Shown here piece by piece: positions 32,468 to 42,850 of a stretch of DNA of 64,000 bases. The first letter of the stretch is position 1. Each line of letters starts with the position of its first letter. Location of the stretch: the NCBI GenBank assembly GCA_902628085.1, contig CACOLO010000007.1:4236-68235 (forward strand), given 5' to 3'. A model generated the notes under the pieces. It was given only the letters and a program-made list of their open reading frames with translations. It did not search any database and was not told the origin of the DNA. The DNA is from an uncultured SAR86 cluster bacterium. Its GTDB lineage: Bacteria > Pseudomonadota > Gammaproteobacteria > Magnimaribacterales > D2472. A program made the position numbers and the translations under genes.

Positions 32468-32905
32468 TTAAATATCTAAACTCATGAGAACGGCATCGTC
32501 AGGACTGTCACCAGAATAGTAATTTGTCCTGATTGCATCTTTAATAAATTTAAATTTACTGTAGAAATTAATCGCTACTTTGTTTTTAGATCTGACCTCT
32601 AAATAAATTTTTTTTGCTCCAAGTACTTTTGATTGATTTATCATTGTCTTCAACAAAATACTTCCGGCTCCAGATCTTTGATGATTTTTATCAACAGCAA
32701 TGCTAAGTAAATGGCTTTCCTTTTTAATATGCGAAAATATTATAAATCCAACAATTCTTTTATTGTATTTACAAGCTAATGATTTGTGACCAACTTCGAA
32801 TGAAGAGAAAAAGTTTTCTTTTGACCAAGGCGTTGGATTTGTTGTTTTTTCGATTTCATATGCTTCTTTTAAGTCTGATTGACTCATAAGTGAAATTTCA
32901 TACAT
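32468..32905 (-). CDS. rimI: ribosomal protein S18 N-acetyltransferase RimI
   Basis: PWS, HLLSIAV, LEVRSKN, R.NYY...DDAVLM; start trimmed to ATG 32905. Confidence 0.9.
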   Translation of the reverse strand: MYEISLMSQSDLKEAYEIEKTTNPTPWSKENFFSSFEVGHKSLACKYNKRIVGFIIFSHIKKESHLLSIAVDKNHQRSGAGSILLKTMINQSKVLGAKKIYLEVRSKNKVAINFYSKFKFIKDAIRTNYYSGDSPDDAVLMSLDI

Positions 32906-32907
32906 TT

Positions 32908-33348
32908 TTATAAATCTAATTTTTTCTTTATATCTTTCCAAAGATTTGCTTTTAAATTTTTTTGAAGCATAAGTTGATTTACAGATGGTGAATAAATTAC
33001 CTCGCAATCAAAAGAAAGATTATAAGAAATTTTTCCAAAAACTATTGCTAATTTAATATCATTAAAACTTGAAATCTTTTGTTGTAATGACTCTTGAGAA
33101 TCAAAAAAAGCATTTTCAAAAATTTCTTCTCCTTGATCAAGTTTTGTTGATGTTAATACTGCTTTTATAAGATCTTGCTGCTCTCTAACAAAGTTTTCAA
33201 AAGGCTTATCAAATATTGCTAATATTTTACCTTTTAAGAAATAGTGATAAGTTTTTTGAGAAATAATTTTTCCTTGCGACCTTAATGAATATCTTTGAAT
33301 TCCAATCTCTTTTAATATAAGGTTAGTTTTTATTTCTGGTGTGAGCAT
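32908..33348 (-). CDS. hypothetical protein, possible DNA polymerase III psi subunit (HolD)-like
   Basis: N-terminal LKEIGIQRYSLR, C-terminal KANLWKDI, directly upstream of rimI; start ATG 33348. Confidence 0.45.
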   Translation of the reverse strand: MLTPEIKTNLILKEIGIQRYSLRSQGKIISQKTYHYFLKGKILAIFDKPFENFVREQQDLIKAVLTSTKLDQGEEIFENAFFDSQESLQQKISSFNDIKLAIVFGKISYNLSFDCEVIYSPSVNQLMLQKNLKANLWKDIKKKLDL

Positions 33349-33378
33349 AAAAATATAATAACATTTAGTTAAAGAAGA

Positions 33379-35037
33379 ATGGATAATCCAACAGACAAAT
33401 ATTCTGCTTTTCAGCCAATCAGTCTTCAAAATAGGAAATGGCCTGAAAAAGTATTAAAAGAAGCACCTATTTGGTGCTCTGTAGACTTGCGTGATGGCAA
33501 TCAGGCATTGATCGAGCCGATGGGATCAGAGCGAAAAAATAGAATGTTTGCTTTACTTTGTAAACTAGGTTTTAAGGAAGTTGAAGTTGGTTTTCCGTCA
33601 GCGTCACAAACTGACTTTGATTTTGTTAGAGATCTAATCGAGAACAAAAAAATTCCTAGTGATGTAAAAATACAGGTTTTAACTCAAGCTAGAGAAGAAT
33701 TAATTAGAAAAACTTTTGAATCTCTCCGTGGGTCAAAACAAGCTATTGTTCATTTCTATAATTCAACCTCAACTTTACAGAGAAGAGTAGTGTTTGACCA
33801 AGATAAAGAAGGTATAAAAAAAATTGCACTTGATGCGGCAATATTAATTAAAGATTTAGCTGAGGAAAATCCTGATACTGAATGGACATTTGAGTACTCA
33901 CCTGAAAGCTTTACAGGAACTGAATTAGATTATGCAAGAGATGTTTGTGATGAAGTTGTCGATATATTAAAAACAGCATCTAAAAATAAAATTATTATAA
34001 ACCTTCCAGCAACTGTCGAAATGTCTACTCCAAATATATATGGCGATCAAATTGAATGGATGAATGAAAATCTTAAAAATAGAAAAAATATTTGTTTAAG
34101 TCTTCATCCTCATAATGATAGAGGAACTGCGGTAGCAGCATCTGAATTTGGACTTATGGCCGGTGCAGATAGGATTGAAGGTACACTTTTTGGGAATGGT
34201 GAGAGAACTGGAAATGTTGACGTTGTTACTATTGCATTAAATATGCTTACTCAAGGCATAGATCCAAAATTAGACTTCTCTAACATTAATTCAGTTATGA
34301 GAGAGGTTGAATATTGTAATCAACTTCCAGTTCATCCAAGACATCCCTATGCAGGAGACTTAGTTTTTACTGCATTTTCTGGTTCTCACCAAGATGCTAT
34401 CAAGAAAGGTTTTAATGCTATGAAAAGCTCAAATGATCCTAAATGGCAGGTTCCATATTTACCTATAGACCCAGCAGACTTGGGCAGAAATTATGAAGCA
34501 GTCGTAAGAATTAATTCTCAATCGGGCAAAGGTGGCGTAGCTTTTCTTTTGGAAAAAGATCACGGAGTCTCATTGCCAAGAAGATTACAAATTAGTTTAA
34601 GTCAAAAGATACAAAAACTTGCTGATGATACTGGTAAAGAAATATCTAGTACTCAAATATGGGATATATTTGAAAACAATTATCTTAAAGCTAAAAATAA
34701 TTACTCATATATTAAACATGAATCTTCAACGAAAGATGATATTCATTCTTTATCTTTGATCATGAAGATGGGAAGTTCAAAAGAGGAAATTTCAGGATCT
34801 GGAAATGGTCCCATAGATTCTTTTATAAATGGTTTATCTAAGAAGATCGGAATAAATATAAAGGTAGCTGATTATCATCAATCTGCAATATCTTCAGGTT
34901 CAGACGCAAAAGCAGCTGCTTATATCGAGTTAGAACAAGACGGAAAAACATTTTGGGGCGTTGGTATTCATCCAAATACAACGAGAGCGTCATTTGATGC
35001 AATAATTGTAGGTCTTAGTAAGCTTTTGAATACTTAA
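33379..35037 (+). CDS. leuA: 2-isopropylmalate synthase (long yeast/Pseudomonas type)
   Basis: WCSVDLRDGNQ, HPHNDRG, GNGERTGN, regulatory domain GNGPID. Confidence 0.98.
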   Translation: MDNPTDKYSAFQPISLQNRKWPEKVLKEAPIWCSVDLRDGNQALIEPMGSERKNRMFALLCKLGFKEVEVGFPSASQTDFDFVRDLIENKKIPSDVKIQVLTQAREELIRKTFESLRGSKQAIVHFYNSTSTLQRRVVFDQDKEGIKKIALDAAILIKDLAEENPDTEWTFEYSPESFTGTELDYARDVCDEVVDILKTASKNKIIINLPATVEMSTPNIYGDQIEWMNENLKNRKNICLSLHPHNDRGTAVAASEFGLMAGADRIEGTLFGNGERTGNVDVVTIALNMLTQGIDPKLDFSNINSVMREVEYCNQLPVHPRHPYAGDLVFTAFSGSHQDAIKKGFNAMKSSNDPKWQVPYLPIDPADLGRNYEAVVRINSQSGKGGVAFLLEKDHGVSLPRRLQISLSQKIQKLADDTGKEISSTQIWDIFENNYLKAKNNYSYIKHESSTKDDIHSLSLIMKMGSSKEEISGSGNGPIDSFINGLSKKIGINIKVADYHQSAISSGSDAKAAAYIELEQDGKTFWGVGIHPNTTRASFDAIIVGLSKLLNT

Positions 35038-35807
35038 TCGAAATTAGGTTCTCTTTTTTCAAGAAATGCTTTCACAGCTTCTCTATTTTGATCACTCACA
35101 GTGAGTTCATTCTGAATTTCAGCTTCATTACTGAAAGTATCCCAATAGCTCATGGCCAAAGACTCACGCATCAATCTTTTAGTATGATTTAAGGATTGTG
35201 ATGATCTTTTTGCCAATTGGTTTGCCCAATCTAATGTTATCTGTTCTAACTGATCAGAAGGGACAACTTTATTAGCGATGCCATATTTTAAACAGTCTGA
35301 TGCTAATATTTTTTTTGCTTCAATTGCATGTTCATAGGCTTTTGCATATCCCATAAACTTAGGCAGAAACCATGATAAACCTCCGTCAGGCACCAACGCG
35401 ATATTGCTAAATACTGATAAAAGATATGAATCCTCAGACATTACTCTTAAATCACATGACATTGCCAAGGCTGCTCCAATACCTGCAGCAGGTCCTGGAA
35501 CTGATGCTATAACAGGCTTCGGCATATTTATGATATTTTCAAATGAAGGCTTATACCCTCTGATTAAAGCATCTTTTGATCCAGACCAACTAGCTTTCCT
35601 TTCACTTAAATCAGCACCTGCAGAAAAGCCTCTGCCCGCACCAGTTAGAATAACTACTTTGACAGAATCATCATTCATTACGTTCTCAGTTGCTTTCTGT
35701 AAATCCCATACCAATTGCTCATTAACAGCATTTAACATATCTGGTCTATTAAGCATTATTGTTGAAACTTTTCCTTGATTTAAAACTTGTAGAGTTTCTA
35801 AATTCAT
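35034..35807 (-). CDS. enoyl-CoA hydratase/isomerase family protein (PaaG-like)
   Basis: LNRP..LNA, GRGFSAGADL, ALVPDGG, AFLEKR. Confidence 0.9.
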   Translation of the reverse strand: MNLETLQVLNQGKVSTIMLNRPDMLNAVNEQLVWDLQKATENVMNDDSVKVVILTGAGRGFSAGADLSERKASWSGSKDALIRGYKPSFENIINMPKPVIASVPGPAAGIGAALAMSCDLRVMSEDSYLLSVFSNIALVPDGGLSWFLPKFMGYAKAYEHAIEAKKILASDCLKYGIANKVVPSDQLEQITLDWANQLAKRSSQSLNHTKRLMRESLAMSYWDTFSNEAEIQNELTVSDQNREAVKAFLEKREPNFD

Positions 35808-35818
35808 TTTTCTCTCCT

Positions 35819-36793
35819 TTACTCTTTTGTCGATATCAAAATTTTGCCATCTTCAAATGTTATTTTACCTGCTAGCTGTTCTTTGTCAGCTCTTGACCAA
35901 CTTACAATTGATTTTGAGGTTGGATTTGAATGTATAAAAGTTTTAATTACTTCTTCTAATACCTTTGAGCTAGGCATAGATATACCCTCTTCCTTAATTG
36001 CATGGCGTAATACCTCTTTAATAATCTCGGTATCAAGTTTCATTAATTCATCTTTGTTAATTTTATTCTTTACTAAATCTTTATAATTGTTTTTTAACAG
36101 ATTCGAAAAATTCGTATTTCTTTCTTCAATCAGTTGAGAGGTTTTAAAAACACGTTTAGAAAAATCATTCCATCTATCATTTAAAACAGGAAATATTTCA
36201 TTTCTTAAAAAATTTCTATCAAATGAATTATCGATATTTGAACTGTCTTGAATATATTTTATTTTATTTAATTCCAAATATTGCATTATGTCTTTCTTAG
36301 AGATATTCAAAAATGGTCTAATCACATATCCTTTCCCAAGGTTTCTTTTTTTATGAGGTCCTTGCAAGCCATCAATACCAGTTCCTCTTAACAATCTTAA
36401 AAAAATTGTTTCAGTGACATCATCTGAATGATGAGCGGTGAGAAGTTGATCATTATGATCTAAATATTTTTCAAAAATTCTATATCTCTCATTTCTTGCT
36501 GATGCTTCAGTGCCGCCTCCAGAAGGAATTATATTTGTTGATTCATTAATAAAATTAATTTTTAAATCTTTGCATGTTTCTTTACAATGCACTTCCCAAT
36601 CATTGCTATTTTTTGAAATATTATGATTAATATGAATGGCACTTAAATCTAAATTATATTCTGAGCAAATCTTACTTAGAAAGTAAAGTAAAGCTGAGGA
36701 ATCAGGCCCGCCACTGTAGCCAATAAAAATTTTTTTATCAAAATCAAGGGTACTTTTAAGTTCTTCTATAGATAACAATTTATGTGCCAACAC
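35819..36793 (-). CDS. tilS: tRNA(Ile)-lysidine synthetase, short form
   Basis: SGGPDS PP-loop, EASARNERY, AHHSDD, DSSN..FDRNFLR. Confidence 0.95.
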   Translation of the reverse strand: MLAHKLLSIEELKSTLDFDKKIFIGYSGGPDSSALLYFLSKICSEYNLDLSAIHINHNISKNSNDWEVHCKETCKDLKINFINESTNIIPSGGGTEASARNERYRIFEKYLDHNDQLLTAHHSDDVTETIFLRLLRGTGIDGLQGPHKKRNLGKGYVIRPFLNISKKDIMQYLELNKIKYIQDSSNIDNSFDRNFLRNEIFPVLNDRWNDFSKRVFKTSQLIEERNTNFSNLLKNNYKDLVKNKINKDELMKLDTEIIKEVLRHAIKEEGISMPSSKVLEEVIKTFIHSNPTSKSIVSWSRADKEQLAGKITFEDGKILISTKE

Positions 36794-37727
36794 TTAAAAT
36801 TCTTTCGTATCTTCTTTCTAATAAGTCTTCAATGGACATCTGATTCAAAATTGACAAATTTCTTATTAATGAACCTTTTATGTTTTCAGATATTAAGTCG
36901 TAGTCTCTATGTGCTCCTCCAAGTGGCTCTTGAATAATTTCATCAACAATCTTTATTTTTTTAAGTTCGTTAGATGAAACTTTCATGGCTTCAGCTGCAT
37001 CTGGAGCTTTTTCAGATGATCGCCAAATAATTGAAGCACATGCTTCAGGCGAAGCTACTGAATAAATAGCATACTCAAGCATAGAAAGATGATCTCCAAC
37101 ACTGATTGCAAGAGCGCCACCAGATCCTCCTTCTCCAGTGACAACAACTATAATCGGAGTCTTAAGCTCTGACATAGTGGCTAAATTTCTAGCAATTGCC
37201 TCACTTTGACATCTTTCTTCACCCTCTACTCCCGGATAGGCTCCAGCAGTATCTACAAATGTTATGACTGGCAACGAAAATTGTTCAGCCAAAAGCATTA
37301 ATCTCTTAGCTTTTCTGTATCCTTCAGGGTTAGTCATGCCAAAATTTCTTTTAACTTTTTCATCTGTATCTCTACCTTTTTCATGCCCAATTGCCATAAC
37401 TGGCATGTTTTCTAACATACCTATACCTCCAATAATAGAAGCGTCGTCTCCAAATTGCCTGTCACCATGCAGTTCATCAAAATCATCAAAGATTCTAGCT
37501 ATGAAATCTGATGTGTGAGGTCTATTAGGATGTCTTGCAACTTGAACAATTTGCCATGTGTCGAGTTTAGAATAAATCTTTTTTGTGAGTGCTTTGTTTT
37601 CTTTTTCTAAGTTTAGAATTTCATCATTTAATGCAGGCGAATCGACAGCAGCAGTTCTTAAAGCACTAAGCTTTTGAGCTAATTCTTTGATAGGCTCTTC
37701 AAAATTTAAAAACTTTTCGTCATCCAT
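36780..37727 (-). CDS. accA: acetyl-CoA carboxylase carboxyltransferase alpha subunit
   Basis: ARHPNRP, ELHGDR, GEGGSGGAL. Confidence 0.99.
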   Translation of the reverse strand: MDDEKFLNFEEPIKELAQKLSALRTAAVDSPALNDEILNLEKENKALTKKIYSKLDTWQIVQVARHPNRPHTSDFIARIFDDFDELHGDRQFGDDASIIGGIGMLENMPVMAIGHEKGRDTDEKVKRNFGMTNPEGYRKAKRLMLLAEQFSLPVITFVDTAGAYPGVEGEERCQSEAIARNLATMSELKTPIIVVVTGEGGSGGALAISVGDHLSMLEYAIYSVASPEACASIIWRSSEKAPDAAEAMKVSSNELKKIKIVDEIIQEPLGGAHRDYDLISENIKGSLIRNLSILNQMSIEDLLERRYERILSVGT

Positions 37728-37749
37728 AAATTGTTATATTTGGTAATTG

Positions 37750-40700
37750 TTATATCTGAATTACATCCTTTCCAAAGATTTCTTCCAAATAGAACAAATT
37801 TTCAAGAGTTGGCTTAAATTTATACTCATCTCCAAGCTCTATTATAGCCTCTGATTCATTTGTTTGAACTTTAAGATTTATGCCACATGTACCTTCTTTC
37901 CAAAAAATATTTTCAATAAGTTCTAATTTTTCAGAAAAATCATCTAAGGTTATCGAATCTGACTTCATAGTATCAATTAAAATTTCTTTTGTTTTCTTAG
38001 ATAATTCTTCGTCGATACTTTTTACTTCTTTTACTCTCATTCTGAACATTAAGGCACCAAGATCATTTGATCTATAGTCATCAACCTCAACTGAACCTTT
38101 TAATGACAAAATTGATCCTTCTTTAAGAAGATTATGACAATTTTCTAAAACTTCACTTGAAATTATTCCATCCATAACTCCACTCCCATCATCAAAGTTT
38201 ATGAATGTAAGAGGCATACCTTTTCGATCTTTGATTTGTCTAACACTGTTTACTAGACAAACTAATGACGATTTTTTTATATCAGTATTTAAATCAGAAA
38301 TTCTGTTTGTTCTTATTTTTTTAATTTTGTTATCAATGGCTATCACAGGATGACCAGAAAGATAGTAACCCAGAGATTTTTTTTCAAATTCAAGTTTTTC
38401 ACTTAAAGTTAATTCTTGAATGTTTTTATATTTGTCATATGGATCAAAACTTTCATCAAAATTTGCAAAGAGGTCACCACTTTTTAAGTTTGATTGTCCA
38501 TTTTGTATAGAGGCATCTTTCAGCATGTCTTCCACACATGCTATGGCAATACTTCTTGAAGGACTTAAACTATCAAATGCTCCTGATTGAGATAGTGCCT
38601 CTAGTGACTTTTTACCACCTAATTTAATGTCAACTTTTTTTGAAAAATCCCATAAGTCTCTAAACTTAAATTTATTTCTTGTTTCACATATGTGCTTAAT
38701 AAACATGTCCGCTACGCCCTTTATAGCTCCAAGTCCGTATTCAATCTCATTATTTTTATTAACAACAAAACCTCTTCTACTATAGAGGATATTCGGTTTT
38801 AAAACCTTAATACCCATTCGGGAGCATTCTTGTGTTAAAGCATAAATTTTATCTGTATTACCAAGCTCAGATGACAGAACAGAAGCCATGAAATGATCAG
38901 GATAATAGGTTTTTAGGTATGCTGTTTGGTAAGATATCAGCGCATAAGCTGCCGAGTGAGATTTATTAAATCCATATTCTGCAAATTGATTAATAAGATC
39001 AAAAATTTGTTCAGCATTTTTTTCCTTAATATTATTTTTAACGCATCCTTTTACAAAAATTTCTCTTTGTTCCTCCATTTCTTCTTTCTTTTTCTTTCCC
39101 ATGGCCCTTCTTAGAATATCTGCTTGACCAAGAGAGAAACCAGCTAACACTCTTGCTGCTTCCATGACCTGTTCTTGATACACAATGACGCCATAAGTCT
39201 CTTCAAGCACTTCTTCTAAAAGCTCATGAGGATAAGTTACAGGACTAACACCGTGTTTTCGGTCAACAAATTCATCATGCATGCCTGAATTTAATGGGCC
39301 GGGTCTATAAAGTGCTAATAATGCAGTAATTTCCTCAAATTTTGTCGGTTTAAGCCTTTTTATTAGGTCTCTCATTCCTGATGACTCAAGTTGAAAAACA
39401 GCCATAGTCTTTCCAGATGCTAATAATTTAAAAACTTTTTCATCATTTAAAGGTATCGAATTGATATCAAACAATTCTTTTCCTTTTTTTTCTTTGTTAA
39501 TTGATTTTACTGCTCTATCAATGACTGTTAGTGTTCTCAATCCTAAAAAATCAAATTTCACTAATCCAATCTTCTCTACGTCATCCTTATCGTATTGAGT
39601 CATTACAGAGTCTGACTGGCGATCTACATAAACAGGGCAAAAATCAGATATGCTTCCAGGAGCTATCACAACTCCTCCAGCATGCTTTCCAACATTTCTT
39701 GCAATTCCCTCAAGTTTATATGATAGATTCACAATTTCTCTTACCTCAGCATCATTTTTTATACTTTGAGCAAATATAGGTTGCTCAGATTCAGCTTTTT
39801 CTAAGGTCATACCAGGAGCAAAAGGTATCATCTTTGATATACGGTCTCCAAGTGCGTAGGGCTTTCCCATTGCTCTAGCAACGTCTCTCACGACTGCCCT
39901 TGCAGCCATGGTACCAAATGTTGCTATTTGCGAAACTGCATTTGCTCCATACTTTTTACTAACGTAATCAATAACAAGATCTCTTTTTTCCATACAGAAA
40001 TCAACGTCAAAGTCGGGCATTGATAATCTTTCAGGATTTAGAAATCTCTCAAATAAAAGACCATGATCAATTGGATCCAAAGTTGTTATACCTAGAGAAT
40101 ATGCAACTAGTGAGCCGGCACCCGAACCTCTTCCAGGTCCTACAGGTACATCATTATTCTTTGACCATTGAATAAAATCATAAACGATTAAAAAATAACT
40201 CGAAAAGCCCATTTTCTTTATTTGATTTAATTCATAATCTAGTCTTGATACATATTCTTCTTTTTTATTTTTATCAAAATCTTTAACTAACTCATTTAAT
40301 CTTTTGTGGGATAAATCAGTAATATAAGAGTCAAAATCATGTTCTTTAGGTACAGGATACTCTGGCAAGAAATATCCCTTTGTTTTAAGAGAGACATTAC
40401 ATTTTTTAGATATCTCATTTGTATTATCAATGAATGAAGAACTTTCTTTAAAAAGATCTGTCATTTCTTCTGAAGATTTAAAATATTGCTGATCAGAGAA
40501 TAATTTTTCTCTGTTTGGATCATTTAACGTTTTGCCTGTATTGATACAAACCTTTGTCTCATGGATTTCATAATCATTTTGAGTTGAAAATAAAACATCA
40601 TTAGTAGCTACTATAGGAATTCCCTTTTTTATGGATAAAGGGAGTATATTTTTAATAAACTCTAACTCATCTTCTCTATTTGTTTTTTGAATTTCTAGTA

Positions 40701-41187
40701 CAAAATCATCTTTAAAATATTTCGTGAATTGATCGATTTTATTTTCAGCATCAGATCTATTATTTCTTCTCAGATATTCAAAAATGTGGCTGTTTTTTCC
40801 TCCAGAAATTACAACAATATCATCGTTTAATTCTGTTAAATCTTTGAATTTAATAATTGGAGATGAATATGAATAATTATTATGAGCACTTGAGATAATT
40901 TTCATTAAATTTTTATGGCCGTTATTAGTTTTGGCAAGGCATAAAAGTTCATGAGAATCCTCGTCCCCGTCAAATATCACATTCAAAGAACATCCTGATA
41001 TTGGCTTAATTCCAGCTAATTCACATTTATCAAAAAATTTTACCAAGCCAAACATATTAGATTTGTCAGTCAAGGCAACAGAAGGTATAGATTTTTTTGA
41101 TGCATTATCAACAATTTGATTAATGGTTAATAGGCCCTGTGAAATACTGTATTCAGAAGAAACTCTTAAATGAGAGAATGCACTCAT
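37750..41187 (-). CDS. dnaE: DNA polymerase III alpha subunit
   Basis: PHP domain, GPGRGSGAGS, SMPDFDVDF, YGFNKSH; no intein-sized insertion. Confidence 0.99.
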   Translation of the reverse strand: MSAFSHLRVSSEYSISQGLLTINQIVDNASKKSIPSVALTDKSNMFGLVKFFDKCELAGIKPISGCSLNVIFDGDEDSHELLCLAKTNNGHKNLMKIISSAHNNYSYSSPIIKFKDLTELNDDIVVISGGKNSHIFEYLRRNNRSDAENKIDQFTKYFKDDFVLEIQKTNREDELEFIKNILPLSIKKGIPIVATNDVLFSTQNDYEIHETKVCINTGKTLNDPNREKLFSDQQYFKSSEEMTDLFKESSSFIDNTNEISKKCNVSLKTKGYFLPEYPVPKEHDFDSYITDLSHKRLNELVKDFDKNKKEEYVSRLDYELNQIKKMGFSSYFLIVYDFIQWSKNNDVPVGPGRGSGAGSLVAYSLGITTLDPIDHGLLFERFLNPERLSMPDFDVDFCMEKRDLVIDYVSKKYGANAVSQIATFGTMAARAVVRDVARAMGKPYALGDRISKMIPFAPGMTLEKAESEQPIFAQSIKNDAEVREIVNLSYKLEGIARNVGKHAGGVVIAPGSISDFCPVYVDRQSDSVMTQYDKDDVEKIGLVKFDFLGLRTLTVIDRAVKSINKEKKGKELFDINSIPLNDEKVFKLLASGKTMAVFQLESSGMRDLIKRLKPTKFEEITALLALYRPGPLNSGMHDEFVDRKHGVSPVTYPHELLEEVLEETYGVIVYQEQVMEAARVLAGFSLGQADILRRAMGKKKKEEMEEQREIFVKGCVKNNIKEKNAEQIFDLINQFAEYGFNKSHSAAYALISYQTAYLKTYYPDHFMASVLSSELGNTDKIYALTQECSRMGIKVLKPNILYSRRGFVVNKNNEIEYGLGAIKGVADMFIKHICETRNKFKFRDLWDFSKKVDIKLGGKKSLEALSQSGAFDSLSPSRSIAIACVEDMLKDASIQNGQSNLKSGDLFANFDESFDPYDKYKNIQELTLSEKLEFEKKSLGYYLSGHPVIAIDNKIKKIRTNRISDLNTDIKKSSLVCLVNSVRQIKDRKGMPLTFINFDDGSGVMDGIISSEVLENCHNLLKEGSILSLKGSVEVDDYRSNDLGALMFRMRVKEVKSIDEELSKKTKEILIDTMKSDSITLDDFSEKLELIENIFWKEGTCGINLKVQTNESEAIIELGDEYKFKPTLENLFYLEEIFGKDVIQI

Positions 41188-41735
41188 CTTTTCAAGACCC
41201 CTTTAAATGTTCTTCTATGAATAATGGAATGTCCATTAATCTCGAGCGCACTATAATGCTGTTTAGTTCCATAACCTTTGTTATTTTTAAAACCATAGAC
41301 TGAGAATTTTTTATCAAATTTGTACATTAAGTTATCTCTATATACTTTTGCGATTATTGATGCTGCACTTATTTGTTTAATCAGCGAATCGCCTCCAATA
41401 ATAACTTCCATTTCTATGTCTAAATCAGGTTTATGAATACCATCGACAAGAATTTTTGTTGGCTTTATTGGCAAGTTAAGTATAGCTCTTTTCATCGCCA
41501 ATAAAGAAGCATTAAGAATATTAAATTTATCTATTTCATTGTGAGATGCTGAACCTATAGCAAAATATGAATATTTTTTAATCTGATTTGAGAGTTCAAT
41601 TCTTTTTTTTTCAGAAATTTTTTTTGAATCCTTTAAGCCTTCAATGTCTTTTTTTAAAATTACAGCCGCTGCAATAACTGGTCCTGCAATAGCTCCTCTA
41701 CCAACCTCATCAACTCCAGCGATAATATTCTTCAA
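41184..41735 (-). CDS. rnhB: ribonuclease HII
   Basis: GVDEVGRG, DSKK, AASIIAKV.RD, KGYGT. Confidence 0.98.
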   Translation of the reverse strand: MKNIIAGVDEVGRGAIAGPVIAAAVILKKDIEGLKDSKKISEKKRIELSNQIKKYSYFAIGSASHNEIDKFNILNASLLAMKRAILNLPIKPTKILVDGIHKPDLDIEMEVIIGGDSLIKQISAASIIAKVYRDNLMYKFDKKFSVYGFKNNKGYGTKQHYSALEINGHSIIHRRTFKGVLKR

Positions 41736-42850
41736 AGGTCTAGAATTGATTTAGCAGCATTTGCAAACCCTACTCCACAAAGTTTTTCCTTAATCTTGCT
41801 TTGAATCTTATTCATTTGTGGAGTAATTTTAAAAATCTTATCAGCAGCTAGTAACAGATTTTTTTGATTACATTCATTTTGTACAAGTTCGGGAAAAACA
41901 GAATCTTCCAACAACAAATTTGGCAAACCTATATTTTGAACTTTTAGCATTCTAGAAATTATAAAATAATTTAAAGGATTAGTTTTGTAGCAAATTATTG
42001 GAGGACATCCAATAACAGCTGACTCCAAAGATGCAGTACCTGAGGTAACTATAGAAAATTCAGATATAGAAAGAAATTCATTTATCGCAAAGGGTTCTAC
42101 AACGACATTTCTAAGAGAATTTGTCATTTCGTAAATTTTGTTAGCTAATTTATTGGTGCTTGCTGGAATCAAATAAGCTGTATCAGAATTTGGAATAGAA
42201 TAATTTTCAATAAATTTTATATATGCTGGAAGCATATTTTTTATTTCTGATTCTCTACTTCCTGGAAGGATAGAAATATATTTTTTAGTATCATCAAGTG
42301 AATATTTATCTAATATATCTTTTCTAGAAGCTTTTTCTAGAGTCTTGAATGGGTGTCCTAAATGAATACTTTCATGATTAATATTTTTATAAAATTCATG
42401 TTCAAAATGAAACAAACAAAGTGTCAAATCTATAAATCTCTTTATTAACTTAGTTCTATTTTGCCTCCAAGCCCAAACAGATGGACTTACGAGTTGAATA
42501 TTTTTACAAATATCTTTTTCCTTGAGAGATTTATGAATTTTTATATTAAAATCTGGAGAATCAATACCAATAAATAAATCAATTTTATTTTTTATAAAAG
42601 ATTCTGTTAATTTTTTTCTTCTCATAGAAAGATTTCTATAATTAAGAATTGGGTCAACTATTCCCATTATTTGTAACTCTTCGTAATTAAATTGAGATAT
42701 CAATCCAAGGCTTTCTAATTTTGGTCCACCAACACCAACTAATTCAATATCTTTGTATTTTTTTAACTCACTGATTAGATGAGCTCCTAACGTATCTCCA
42801 GAGTGCTCACCACAAACAACTCCAATCTTTAGAGATCTATCTTTAATCAC
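41732..42850 (-). CDS. lpxB: lipid-A-disaccharide synthase
   Basis: GEHSGD, IDSPDFN, SPSVWAWR, LPGSR, SGTASLE. Confidence 0.97.
   Translation of the reverse strand: MIKDRSLKIGVVCGEHSGDTLGAHLISELKKYKDIELVGVGGPKLESLGLISQFNYEELQIMGIVDPILNYRNLSMRRKKLTESFIKNKIDLFIGIDSPDFNIKIHKSLKEKDICKNIQLVSPSVWAWRQNRTKLIKRFIDLTLCLFHFEHEFYKNINHESIHLGHPFKTLEKASRKDILDKYSLDDTKKYISILPGSRESEIKNMLPAYIKFIENYSIPNSDTAYLIPASTNKLANKIYEMTNSLRNVVVEPFAINEFLSISEFSIVTSGTASLESAVIGCPPIICYKTNPLNYFIISRMLKVQNIGLPNLLLEDSVFPELVQNECNQKNLLLAADKIFKITPQMNKIQSKIKEKLCGVGFANAAKSILDL

Noticed and set aside
37750-41187. Intein or active PHP exonuclease in DnaE
   Set aside because: Length is normal, and degenerate PHP metal ligands are typical of gammaproteobacterial DnaE.
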